Below are positions 8,899 to 17,842 of a stretch of 39,746 nucleotides of DNA, in pieces; position 1 is the stretch's first letter; every line of letters starts with the position of its first letter. The position numbers and the translations under genes are program-made. Under the pieces are notes generated by a model that was not told the origin of the DNA, made no database searches, and saw nothing but the letters and a program-made list of their open reading frames with translations. Location: sequence record SRR20825006_681; one strand, given 5' to 3'.

Positions 8899-9690
8899 TC
8901 AAAGCCGTTTGATGGCGAACGATTTTATCGCAGCGACTAAAAAGTCGGTAAAGCCATCTGCCAATCGTTCATAACGGGTCACAAAATCTGGCGTATATTT
9001 GTACATATCCGCCAATCCCGCATAGCTATTGGCATCCGGCTGTTTATCCCACCATTGGCCAACCCATTTATGATGCAGCGCGATCAGGTCAAGCACCTCA
9101 TCGTCGCCGGGCCCTTTGCCCGCCTGCATCATCAAAATCAAATCGCCTTCGATCTGTTGCAGCTGTGCCATACGCTCTTTCACAAGCCCATCCTCGCCGC
9201 CTTTGTGGTCTTGCACGGCTTGATCATATTTGCGATTTGATTTTTCAACTTCGTCGCGCATCTGTCCGCCATGTTTGGCCACCAATTCATCTTGATAGGC
9301 TTTTTGCTTTTCAGGCGAAAAGCCTTTGTATAATTCTTCGTTACCCATTTTGATTTCTCCGTTCAACTCAGCGATTGAGCGGTCAATCACCGTCAGTAAG
9401 GTTTGCTGACGATCCACATTTTGCGCCAACTTGTCGCGATGCTGCCTCATATGCTGCAGCCGATCAAAATCCGCGCCAGCCATCACGTGCTGGATTTCCT
9501 TCAAGGGCATATCCATTTCGCGAAAAAACATGATTTGCTGCAAACGCAACAATTCGTCTCGCGTGTAATAGCGATAGCCATTCTCGCCAACATAGGCAGG
9601 CGCCAGCAGCCCAATCTGATCATAATGATGCAAGGTGCGCACGGTGACGCCTGCCATCTCTGCCACTTGTTTGATCAAATAAGTTTTCAC
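8899..9690 (-). CDS. MerR family regulator with TipAS-like antibiotic-recognition domain
   Basis: MerR HTH (IKQVAEMAGVTVRTLHHYDQIGLL, NGYRYY); C-terminal TipAS-like pattern (HHKWV...YAGLADMY...DFVTRYE...GFTDFL). Start set at GTG 9690 after SD AGGA. Confidence 0.9.
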   Translation of the reverse strand: MKTYLIKQVAEMAGVTVRTLHHYDQIGLLAPAYVGENGYRYYTRDELLRLQQIMFFREMDMPLKEIQHVMAGADFDRLQHMRQHRDKLAQNVDRQQTLLTVIDRSIAELNGEIKMGNEELYKGFSPEKQKAYQDELVAKHGGQMRDEVEKSNRKYDQAVQDHKGGEDGLVKERMAQLQQIEGDLILMMQAGKGPGDDEVLDLIALHHKWVGQWWDKQPDANSYAGLADMYKYTPDFVTRYERLADGFTDFLVAAIKSFAIKRL

Positions 9691-9717
9691 TGTCGTCCTG
9701 CCTTTCCGCTGACAACC

Positions 9718-9748
9718 CAAATAGGGGATGACGCCGCGTTAGGGTCAA
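9718..9748 (-). promoter_or_regulatory. MerR-type autoregulated promoter with 19-bp spacer and dyad
   Basis: Minus strand TTGACC, 19 bp (CTAACGCGGCGTCATCCCC), TATTTG; the spacer holds the imperfect dyad TAACGC-G-GCGTCA. Confidence 0.75.
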
Positions 9749-9759
9749 GCCTTGGACAT

Positions 9760-9786
9760 AAAAAAAGTGGCTCCCGAAGGAGCCAC
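9760..9786 (-). terminator. Intrinsic terminator of pckA
   Basis: Minus strand GTGGCTCC-TTCG-GGAGCCAC followed by TTTTTTT (cUUCGg tetraloop). Confidence 0.9.
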
Positions 9787-9815
9787 ATAAAAGGAGGATG
9801 AAATAATAGTGATGC

Positions 9816-11408
9816 TTAGGCGGCAGCCAGTTTTGGCCCCGCATCAGCAAGTTCGATGGCGCTTGCGCCGAACTTTTTGAAGTTCTCTTCAAACAATTTA
9901 ACCAGTTTGGCCGCTTGCGCATCATAGGCTGAAGCATCTTCCCAAGTGGCGCGTGGTGTGAGCAATTGTGCATCCACACCATCAACAGCAACTGGCACTT
10001 CAAAGCCGAAGATTGGATCAACGCGCATTTCTGCGTTCACCAATTCGCCAGACAAAGCAGCAGAAAGCAGCGTGCGTGTATCTTTAATGGAGATACGGTT
10101 GCCTGTGCCATAGGCACCGCCGGTCCAGCCTGTGTTGAGCAACCAGCATTCTGCCAAGCTGTCGCGAATCTGCTTTTTCAGCATCTTGCCGTAAACGCTT
10201 GGGTGCAGCGACATGAACGGAGCGCCGAAGCAAGCTGAGAAAGTCGCTTGCGGCTCAGTCACACCACGTTCGGTGCCAGCAACTTTTGCAGTATAGCCAG
10301 ACAAGAAGTGATAAATCGCTTGCTCAGGTGTCAACCGTGCAATTGGAGGCAATACGCCAAACGCATCAGCAGTGAGCAACATCACAGTTTTCGGTACTGG
10401 GCCAATGCCAGTGCGTGACACATTTTCAAGGGCGGTCAGCGGATAGGCTGCGCGGGTGTTTTCAGTCAAAGAACCGTCATTAAAGTCAGGCTTTAATGTC
10501 TCTTCGTCCAAAATCACATTTTCCAACACGGTGCCGAAACGCTCAGTCGCCGCGAAAATCTCAGGCTCAGCCTGACGCGACAGATTGATGGTTTTGGCGT
10601 AGCAGCCGCCTTCAAGGTTGAACACGCCATCAGCAGTCCAGCCATGCTCGTCATCACCGATCAACACGCGATTTGGATCGGTTGAAAGCGTGGTTTTGCC
10701 AGTGCCGGAAAGGCCGAAGAACAAAGCGGTGTCGCCCGCTTCGCCAATATTGGCAGAACAGTGCATCGGCAACACGCCATTTTGTGGCGCATGGAAGTTG
10801 AACAAGGAGAAGACAGATTTCTTGATCTCGCCAGCATAGAAGGTGCCGCCGATCACCACCATATTGCGGGTGAAATCGAGCGCGATCACTGTTTCTGAGC
10901 GAGTGCCGTGGCGTGCAGGGTCTGCCTTGAATGAAGGCATATGCACAATGGTGACATTGGCATCAAAATCGTTCAACGCGTTCAGCGCCGGACGGATCAG
11001 CAAATTGCGGATGAACAAAGCGTGCCACGCATTTTCAGTGAACACTTCAACATTCAATTGCTGGCTAACATCGGCACCAGCATAAAGCTGCTGCACGAAC
11101 AAATCTTTGCCCTCAGCGCTGTCCAACATGTCTGCAAGCAACAGATCAAACTTTTCTGGGGTCATGGCTTTCGCATTGTCCCACCACACAGTGTCATGGG
11201 TCAGCGCATCATCAACAATAAACTTATCATTCGCTGAGCGCCCAGTGTGCTGGCCGGTTGTGGCCACAACCGCGCCATCTGCACTCAACTCAACTTCATT
11301 GCGCGCAAGGGCTTTTTCAACCAATTTAGGCGCTTTGTCATTAAACGAGAGATTGGCCGCCAAAGACTTGATTTTTGAGTTTACGTCGGCCCGCGTGATG
11401 GTGCTCAT
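9816..11408 (-). CDS. pckA: Phosphoenolpyruvate carboxykinase (ATP)
   Basis: [12 protein letters not shown]-loop, [24 protein letters not shown]; divergent from chvI as is typical of Hyphomicrobiales. Confidence 0.98.
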   Translation of the reverse strand: MSTITRADVNSKIKSLAANLSFNDKAPKLVEKALARNEVELSADGAVVATTGQHTGRSANDKFIVDDALTHDTVWWDNAKAMTPEKFDLLLADMLDSAEGKDLFVQQLYAGADVSQQLNVEVFTENAWHALFIRNLLIRPALNALNDFDANVTIVHMPSFKADPARHGTRSETVIALDFTRNMVVIGGTFYAGEIKKSVFSLFNFHAPQNGVLPMHCSANIGEAGDTALFFGLSGTGKTTLSTDPNRVLIGDDEHGWTADGVFNLEGGCYAKTINLSRQAEPEIFAATERFGTVLENVILDEETLKPDFNDGSLTENTRAAYPLTALENVSRTGIGPVPKTVMLLTADAFGVLPPIARLTPEQAIYHFLSGYTAKVAGTERGVTEPQATFSACFGAPFMSLHPSVYGKMLKKQIRDSLAECWLLNTGWTGGAYGTGNRISIKDTRTLLSAALSGELVNAEMRVDPIFGFEVPVAVDGVDAQLLTPRATWEDASAYDAQAAKLVKLFEENFKKFGASAIELADAGPKLAAA

Positions 11409-11780
11409 CGCTCTATTCCATGTGATTGTTGAAAATTCGCTGGGACAAATTTTTGCTGCTCATGGCCCAGTTCCTGCCCTCAACCTACAGATTAGGTGGT
11501 GCGATTGCATTTAGAGATAGGTCTTAATACCTTCGTCTAAGATTGGATATTTTCGAAAAAATATAAAAATTATAATGGCTTAGCTAGACTAGTCGTCATT
11601 AACCACAATCTGATTGTGAAGATTGCATTGCAATAAATTCGCGAAACCTTGCAACGGACACAATTTGTGCGCATTTTGTGAGCTAAGAGGCGAGCAGAAT
11701 TGAAAAATTCGGTTTAAAAAATGGAACAATGCGCAGCCGCTCATGTTATGTTTCATCAAGCCGAACGAAAGGGATGATTT

Positions 11781-12497
11781 ATGCCAAAAATCGCACTGGT
11801 TGATGACGACCAAAATATTCTGGCGTCGGTCTCAATGACATTGGAAGCCGAAGGCTATCGCGTCAATGCATATACAGATGGCGCATCTGGCCTTGAAGGT
11901 TTGACATCTGACATGCCTGATCTGGCGATTTTGGACATTAAGATGCCGCGCATGGATGGCATGGAATTGTTGCGCCGCCTGCGGCAAAAATCAGACCTGC
12001 CAGTGATCTTTCTCACCTCAAAAGATGATGAGATTGATGAATTGTTTGGCCTGAAAATGGGCGCGGACGATTTTATCACCAAGCCATTTTCTCAGCGCTT
12101 GCTGGTGGAGCGCGTGAAAGCCATTTTGCGCCGCGCACAGGCCCGCGGCGATGCACAAAGCACAGGCGGCAGCGGCGACCAGCCGCAAGGCAAGTCCGTG
12201 ATTGAACGGGGCCGTTTGGCCATGGATCAGGAGCGCCACACCTGCACATGGGACGGCAAAAATGTGACCCTAACAGTGACCGAATTTTTGATCCTATTTG
12301 CATTGGCGCAACGGCCAGGCGTGGTCAAAAGCCGTGACAGCTTGATGGACGCAGCCTATGATGATCAGGTTTATGTGGACGACCGGACCATCGACAGCCA
12401 TATCAAACGCCTGCGCAAGAAATTCCGCGTTGTTGACAAAGAGTTTGATATGATCGAAACCCTTTACGGGGTCGGGTATCGCTTTAAGGAGCAATAG
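11781..12497 (+). CDS. chvI: OmpR-family response regulator ChvI
   Basis: [49 protein letters not shown]; pckA-chvI-chvG-hprK synteny. Confidence 0.97.
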   Translation: MPKIALVDDDQNILASVSMTLEAEGYRVNAYTDGASGLEGLTSDMPDLAILDIKMPRMDGMELLRRLRQKSDLPVIFLTSKDDEIDELFGLKMGADDFITKPFSQRLLVERVKAILRRAQARGDAQSTGGSGDQPQGKSVIERGRLAMDQERHTCTWDGKNVTLTVTEFLILFALAQRPGVVKSRDSLMDAAYDDQVYVDDRTIDSHIKRLRKKFRVVDKEFDMIETLYGVGYRFKEQ

Positions 12498-12502
12498 GCT
12501 TT

Positions 12503-14311
12503 TTGACGCTGGAAAAATCAGCACACCATGATCAAGATGACGCGATGCAGGAGAAGGCAGATCCCGCCACCTCTGCATCGATGGATGATCTTGACGCCAG
12601 CACAAGTGGAACCCCGCCCAAAAAAGCCAATCCGCTGGTGCTAAGCTATCGCGCTGCCCGGCGTTGGCTTTCTTTCACAATCTTTTCGTCACTCACCCGC
12701 CGCATTGTAATTCTCAATGTGGTGGCGCTGGCGGCGCTTGTGGGCGCGATCATCAACCAAACCCAATGGCGGTCTGGCTTGATCAATGCGCAGGTGGACA
12801 GTTTGCGGGTGCAAGGCGAAATCATCGCTGGCGCCATTGCGGCATCGGCCACGGTCGATAGTGATGTGATCACCCTCGACCCCGACAAGTTTTTGCAATT
12901 GCAAGGCGATGCGCCGCTCTCCACGCTTAGCTTTTTCGACCCCAGCCTTGAATTTCCCATCAATCCAGAAAGGGTTGCGCCACTGCTCCGCAACTTGATC
13001 ACGCCGACCGGCACGCGGGCGCGCATTTATGACCGCAATGGGCTGATGATTTTGGATAGTGAAGACCTTTATATCCAAGGCGAAGTGCTGGGCACCACGC
13101 CGCAATCGGCCCCGCGCGAGAATTTCTTTTTGATCGAATGGGTCAATCGTCTTTTCCGCATGTTGGCCGCGCGCGAATTTCCGCGCTATCAGGAATATGG
13201 CTCCACCGAAGGCACCAAATATCCTGAAGTGGCCTCCGCCATGTCAGGCGCCGCTGCCTCTATTGTGCGCGTAGATTCAACCGACAGGTTGGTCGTGTCC
13301 GTGGCCGTGCCTGTGAAGCGCTTGCGCGCCAATGTGGGCGTATTGCTGTTGTCTACTCAGCCCGGCACCATTGATACCATTGTGGAAAAAGAACGGTGGA
13401 ATGTGGTGCGCATATTTGTGATTGCGGCAACCATCACCACTCTGGTCTCCCTTTTGCTCGCTAGCACCATCGCTGGCCCCATGCGCCGCCTATCTGCCGC
13501 CGCGCAGCGGGTGCGACGCTCCATTAAAGACCGGGAAGAAATTCCTGATTTCACCCAACGCCCAGACGAAATTGGCCTCTTATCTGGCTCGCTGCGTGAT
13601 ATGACCAATGCGCTATATAATCGGATTGAAGCGATCGAAAGTTTTGCCGCAGATGTGGCGCACGAACTGAAAAATCCGCTCACCTCCTTGCGCAGCGCCG
13701 TTGAAACCTTGCCCTTGGCCAAAAAGGAAGAAGACAGGGCCCGACTTGCTGGCATCATTCAACATGATGTGCGCCGTTTGGATCGTTTGATTTCAGATAT
13801 TTCAAATGCCTCGCGGTTGGATGCGGAGCTGGCGCGTGAAACCGCTGATCGCGTAAACCTGCTCAGCCTGACCGAAACCATTGTGTCGATTCAGGAAGAC
13901 AATGCGGCAAAACGCAAGGTTAGCATCGTGCTTGAAAATAATATTGGCGACGAGACGGCTGAAATTATCGGTCACGATTCCCGCCTTGCGCAAGTGGTGA
14001 CCAATTTGATTGACAATGCCGTATCCTTTTCGCCTGAAAACAGCGAAGTAACGGTGCAGCTGGAAGTGGATGGTCGCTGGGTTGAATTGCGCGTACGCGA
14101 CGAAGGTCGCGGCATTCGCGGCGACACGAACAAAGTGTTCCAACGCTTTTATACGGATCGCCCAGAAGGCGAGAAATTTGGCGACCATTCTGGGTTGGGC
14201 CTATCAATTTCAAAACAGATCGTTGAAGCGCATTTAGGGGAAATTAACGCCCATAACCGCAACGATAGGTCAGGCGCGGAATTTATTGTTAGACTACCTC
14301 GCGCTGAATAG
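12503..14311 (+). CDS. chvG: Sensor histidine kinase ChvG/ExoS
   Basis: FSSLTRRIV TM1, periplasmic LEFPINPERVAP, HAMP, H-box ADVAHELKNPLTS, FYTDRP, HSGLGLSIS. Start uncertain (TTG 12503 or a downstream ATG). Confidence 0.96.
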   Translation: MTLEKSAHHDQDDAMQEKADPATSASMDDLDASTSGTPPKKANPLVLSYRAARRWLSFTIFSSLTRRIVILNVVALAALVGAIINQTQWRSGLINAQVDSLRVQGEIIAGAIAASATVDSDVITLDPDKFLQLQGDAPLSTLSFFDPSLEFPINPERVAPLLRNLITPTGTRARIYDRNGLMILDSEDLYIQGEVLGTTPQSAPRENFFLIEWVNRLFRMLAAREFPRYQEYGSTEGTKYPEVASAMSGAAASIVRVDSTDRLVVSVAVPVKRLRANVGVLLLSTQPGTIDTIVEKERWNVVRIFVIAATITTLVSLLLASTIAGPMRRLSAAAQRVRRSIKDREEIPDFTQRPDEIGLLSGSLRDMTNALYNRIEAIESFAADVAHELKNPLTSLRSAVETLPLAKKEEDRARLAGIIQHDVRRLDRLISDISNASRLDAELARETADRVNLLSLTETIVSIQEDNAAKRKVSIVLENNIGDETAEIIGHDSRLAQVVTNLIDNAVSFSPENSEVTVQLEVDGRWVELRVRDEGRGIRGDTNKVFQRFYTDRPEGEKFGDHSGLGLSISKQIVEAHLGEINAHNRNDRSGAEFIVRLPRAE

Positions 14312-14322
14312 GAGGGGACTTT

Positions 14323-14790
14323 ATGGCGGACGAAGCTGAAAACATTTTTGCAACTGGTATTGTTTACGACGGAATTGGCATTCTCATTCGCGGCGAAAGC
14401 GGCGCGGGCAAATCACTATTATCGTTCGATTTGATGGACCGAGCGGAATCGCGCGGCAAAGAATCGGGCTTGATTTCCGACGATAGAATTTTGGTGGAAG
14501 CGATTGATGGTGAACTGATCGCCACAGCGCCTGAACAAATTAAGGGCCAGATCGAACTGCGCGGCTTTGGCATTGTGGATCGCCCAGTGATCGAGCAACA
14601 CGCCATTCAATTGATCGTCGATATCTCAGCAGAAATGGACCGAATGCCCGAAAATGAGGAGTTTGAAACCGAACTGCTCGGGGTGAAATTACACCGTGTG
14701 CCGGTGCCTTCGCGCAGCTTGATTGATTCGGTGCATCAGCGCCTTTTGGTGCTGGAAGCCTTGCGCAAGATCAAGAAGACCAGCACATAA
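14323..14790 (+). CDS. hprK: HPr kinase/phosphorylase (short alphaproteobacterial form)
   Basis: Walker A GESGAGKS, LISDDR, GQIELRGFGI; follows chvG. Confidence 0.92.
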   Translation: MADEAENIFATGIVYDGIGILIRGESGAGKSLLSFDLMDRAESRGKESGLISDDRILVEAIDGELIATAPEQIKGQIELRGFGIVDRPVIEQHAIQLIVDISAEMDRMPENEEFETELLGVKLHRVPVPSRSLIDSVHQRLLVLEALRKIKKTST

Positions 14791-14883
14791 CGGCACAAAA
14801 AGCATTTGGTGTCAGGGCGGATTGCCGTTAAACTTTAGCGGTGAGTAAATTGTGCGCTGCGGCGTGATCAAGGGGCAAATAAT

Positions 14884-15285
14884 ATGATCGGTATGGTGCT
14901 TGTGACCCATGGGGCATTGGCAGATGAGTTTAAGGCTGCGCTGGAACATGTGGTGGGGCCACAGGAACAATGTGCGGCTGTTTGCATTGGGCCGGACGAC
15001 GATATGGAAGTGCGCCGCCAAGATATTCTAACTGCAGTGCATGACGTGGATAGCGGCCAAGGTGTGGTGATTCTCACCGACATGTTTGGGGGCACGCCCT
15101 CCAATCTAGCCATTTCCGTGATGGAAAACCGCGAAGTTGAAGTGATCGCCGGGGTAAACCTGCCCATGTTGGTGAAATTGGCACGGGTGCGCCCTGAGCT
15201 GGATATGAACACCGCAGTGCATGAAGCGCAAGAAGCGGGTCGCAAATATATCAATGTGGCCAATGATGTGCTTGGGGGCGTTTAA
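14884..15285 (+). CDS. manX: PTS EIIA component, mannose/fructose family
   Basis: VLVTHG phospho-His motif, LTDMFGGTPSN, GVNLPML. Confidence 0.93.
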   Translation: MIGMVLVTHGALADEFKAALEHVVGPQEQCAAVCIGPDDDMEVRRQDILTAVHDVDSGQGVVILTDMFGGTPSNLAISVMENREVEVIAGVNLPMLVKLARVRPELDMNTAVHEAQEAGRKYINVANDVLGGV

Positions 15286-15294
15286 ACGAGCCTC

Positions 15295-15615
15295 ATGCCC
15301 AATTCATCGCATCCAGAAAAATCCTTCGGGCAACTTTTGCGCATTTGCAATCGGCGCGGGCTTCATGCCCGTGCATCTGCGCGTTTTGCCCGCACTTCTG
15401 AATGTTTTGATGCCGATATAACCGTTACCCGCGATGGGCAAACGGTGGGCGGTTCATCCATTATGGGCCTGATGTTGTTGGCGGCAGGGCCGGGTTCGAC
15501 CATCTTGGTGAAAACCAAAGGCCCGCAAGCGCGCGAAGCACTGGATGCGTTGGTGCAATTGGTTGAAAATGGCTTCGATGAAGACACAGAAGCGGGCCAA
15601 GAAGACGCGTCTTAA
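15295..15615 (+). CDS. ptsH: Phosphocarrier protein HPr/NPr
   Basis: NRRGLHARAS (His15 motif) and SIMGLMLL (Ser46 motif). Confidence 0.92.
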   Translation: MPNSSHPEKSFGQLLRICNRRGLHARASARFARTSECFDADITVTRDGQTVGGSSIMGLMLLAAGPGSTILVKTKGPQAREALDALVQLVENGFDEDTEAGQEDAS

Positions 15616-15681
15616 ATTGATCAAACATTGATTTTGGCCGCGCCCATGCCAATATGCGAGTGAACAGCTTTTGGAGGGACC

Positions 15682-16191
15682 ATGCGCGGCATTGTCTTTA
15701 TCATGTTTTTTGCCATTGGCGGCATTGTTGGGGCGCAGTTCCCCGGATTCACTAGCCAATATGAACAGCGGTTGGATGGAGCAATTGAAGAATTGCGCAC
15801 CATTATCACCCGTTTTGATGAAGATGCGGCAGAGCAAAATCTCACCCGTCAACAAGCGCTGGAAACTTATGATCGGGCAAGCGACGAATTTTTGGTCAAG
15901 CAAGGCAGTTCCATGCGCCAGATTTTCATGCGCTTTGATAAACTGACAACCCACCAAGAAACCTTGCAAAATGCCAACATCGCTGAACAGGCGATGGGCT
16001 TTGTGCAATATTTTGACCCAGAATTGGCGCAAGCCACGTGGGCGCAATATGATGTGTCGGTGCCGCTAAATCCTGAAGGCGGCCTGTTCGCGTTTCTAGG
16101 TGGCGTGGTGGCTTGGTTCGCCGCCCTTTGCGGCTGGACAGTGGCCCGCCTTCCATTTCGGCGTCGTAACCGCGTCCGCATCAGCAACTAA
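15682..16191 (+). CDS. DUF2937-like membrane protein
   Basis: N-terminal TM, then QFPGFTSQYEQRLDGAIEEL, a helical middle and a C-terminal TM with basic tail; SD GGAGGG. Confidence 0.8.
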   Translation: MRGIVFIMFFAIGGIVGAQFPGFTSQYEQRLDGAIEELRTIITRFDEDAAEQNLTRQQALETYDRASDEFLVKQGSSMRQIFMRFDKLTTHQETLQNANIAEQAMGFVQYFDPELAQATWAQYDVSVPLNPEGGLFAFLGGVVAWFAALCGWTVARLPFRRRNRVRISN

Positions 16192-16197
16192 TCAGGC

Positions 16198-16217
16198 ATA
16201 TAAATAAATCTTTATAT
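16198..16217. promoter_or_regulatory. SahR-like operator upstream of ahcY
   Basis: 20-bp imperfect palindrome ATATAAAT-AAAT-CTTTATAT, 5 bp upstream of the predicted -35. Confidence 0.65.
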
Positions 16218-16222
16218 CTTTA

Positions 16223-16251
16223 TTGAATGGTCAACCTTTGACCGCTATAAC
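16223..16251 (+). promoter_or_regulatory. sigma70 promoter of ahcY
   Basis: TTGAAT (16223-16228), 17 bp, TATAAC (16246-16251); SD AAGGAG downstream. Confidence 0.65.
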
Positions 16252-16282
16252 ACGGGCAAACTGATTTTAAGGAGACCCGTGA

Positions 16283-17686
16283 ATGAGCGCGTTGACCCAA
16301 GAATATGCTGTAAAAGACCTCAGCTTGGCAGATTATGGCCGCAAAGAAATTGAAATGGCCGAGGTGGAAATGCCGGGCCTTATGGCCATCCGCCAAGAAT
16401 TTGCCGCATCCCAACCGTTGAAGGGCGCGCGCATTGCAGGCTCTTTGCACATGACCATCCAAACCGCTGTGTTGATCGAAACATTGGTGGCTCTGGGTGC
16501 AGAAGTGCGCTGGGCATCTTGCAACATTTATTCAACCCAAGATCACGCCGCCGCGGCGATTGCCGCGGCTGGCATTCCAGTGTTTGCCCACAAAGGCGAA
16601 ACTTTGGAAGAATATTGGGACTTTGCTGACCGCTTGTTCGAATTCGACAATGGCGAAATGGCCAACATGATTTTGGACGATGGCGGCGACGCCACCATGT
16701 TGGTGCTCAACGGCGCGAAAGCTGAGCAAGACCCATCATTCTTGGAAAACCCATCTAACGAAGAAGAAGAAGTGTTTTTTGCCACGATCAAAAAACGGTT
16801 GGCGAAAGATTCAAGCTTCTATTCACGTGTACGCGACAGCATCAAAGGTGTTTCTGAGGAAACAACCACTGGTGTGATCCGCTTGTATCAATTGCAGGAA
16901 AAAGGCGAATTGCCATTCCCAGCAATCAATGTGAACGACAGCGTGACCAAATCTAAGTTCGACAACAAATATGGTTGTCGCGAAAGCTTGGTGGATGCGA
17001 TCCGCCGCGGCACAGACGTGATGATGGCAGGCAAAGTGGCCATCGTTTGTGGTTATGGCGATGTGGGCAAAGGGTCTGCCGCTTCTCTGCGTGGTGCTGG
17101 CGCCCGCGTAATGGTCACCGAAGTAGACCCCATCTGCGCCCTGCAAGCAGCGATGGACGGCTATGAAGTGGTGACGCTGGAAGACGACATTGAGCGCGCT
17201 GACATTGTGGTGACTGCAACGGGTAACAAAGACATTTTGACCCTTGATCATATGCGCCGCCTGAAAGACATGGCGATCGTGGCCAATATTGGTCACTTCG
17301 ACAATGAAATTCAGGTTTCTGCGCTGCGCAACCAAAAATGGACCAACATCAAGCCACAAGTGGACATGATCGAGTTCCCGCAAGGCAACCGCATGATCCT
17401 CTTGTCGCAAGGCCGCTTGGTGAATTTGGGCAACGCCACAGGCCACCCAAGCTTTGTGATGAGTGCTTCTTTCGCCAACCAGACCTTGGCGCAAATCGAA
17501 CTGTTCGCCCATGGCGAAAAGTACGAAAACAAAGTTTATGTGCTGCCAAAACACTTGGACGAAAAAGTTGCTGCACTGCATTTGGAGAAATTGGGTGCCA
17601 AGCTGACCAAGCTCTCAAAAGAGCAAGCCGATTATATCGGTGTGGAGCAAAATGGACCGTTCAAATCAGAGCAATATCGCTATTGA
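16283..17686 (+). CDS. ahcY: Adenosylhomocysteinase
   Basis: [51 protein letters not shown]. Confidence 0.99.
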   Translation: MSALTQEYAVKDLSLADYGRKEIEMAEVEMPGLMAIRQEFAASQPLKGARIAGSLHMTIQTAVLIETLVALGAEVRWASCNIYSTQDHAAAAIAAAGIPVFAHKGETLEEYWDFADRLFEFDNGEMANMILDDGGDATMLVLNGAKAEQDPSFLENPSNEEEEVFFATIKKRLAKDSSFYSRVRDSIKGVSEETTTGVIRLYQLQEKGELPFPAINVNDSVTKSKFDNKYGCRESLVDAIRRGTDVMMAGKVAIVCGYGDVGKGSAASLRGAGARVMVTEVDPICALQAAMDGYEVVTLEDDIERADIVVTATGNKDILTLDHMRRLKDMAIVANIGHFDNEIQVSALRNQKWTNIKPQVDMIEFPQGNRMILLSQGRLVNLGNATGHPSFVMSASFANQTLAQIELFAHGEKYENKVYVLPKHLDEKVAALHLEKLGAKLTKLSKEQADYIGVEQNGPFKSEQYRY

Positions 17687-17710
17687 GATTCATTTGCAGA
17701 CATTTATCCA

Positions 17711-17739
17711 AAGGGGCGTGCAAAACGCCCCTTTTTTTT
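17711..17739 (+). terminator. Intrinsic terminator of ahcY
   Basis: AAGGGGCGT-GCAAA-ACGCCCCTT followed by a T-run. Confidence 0.9.
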
Positions 17740-17842
17740 GCCCAAAACGCATTTTGACTCTTGTTGCGCGATTCGCCGAAGCGGTATGGTGAAGTGATTC
17801 GTTGAGCGGGCAGCGATTTGATTAATTTTTAAGGGGCAAAAC

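Noticed and set aside
11589..11813. 74-aa ORF in the pckA-chvI intergenic region
   Set aside because: It overlaps the chvI start on the opposite strand, has atypical composition and no supporting features.
16251..16281. CACGGG...CCCGTG stem around the ahcY SD as a possible riboswitch
   Set aside because: The 5' arm lies at or before the predicted TSS, and no SAH or SAM riboswitch consensus is recognisable.
16823..17581. 252-aa ORF antisense to ahcY
   Set aside because: Shadow ORF explained by codon bias of a highly expressed gene; no recognisable motifs.
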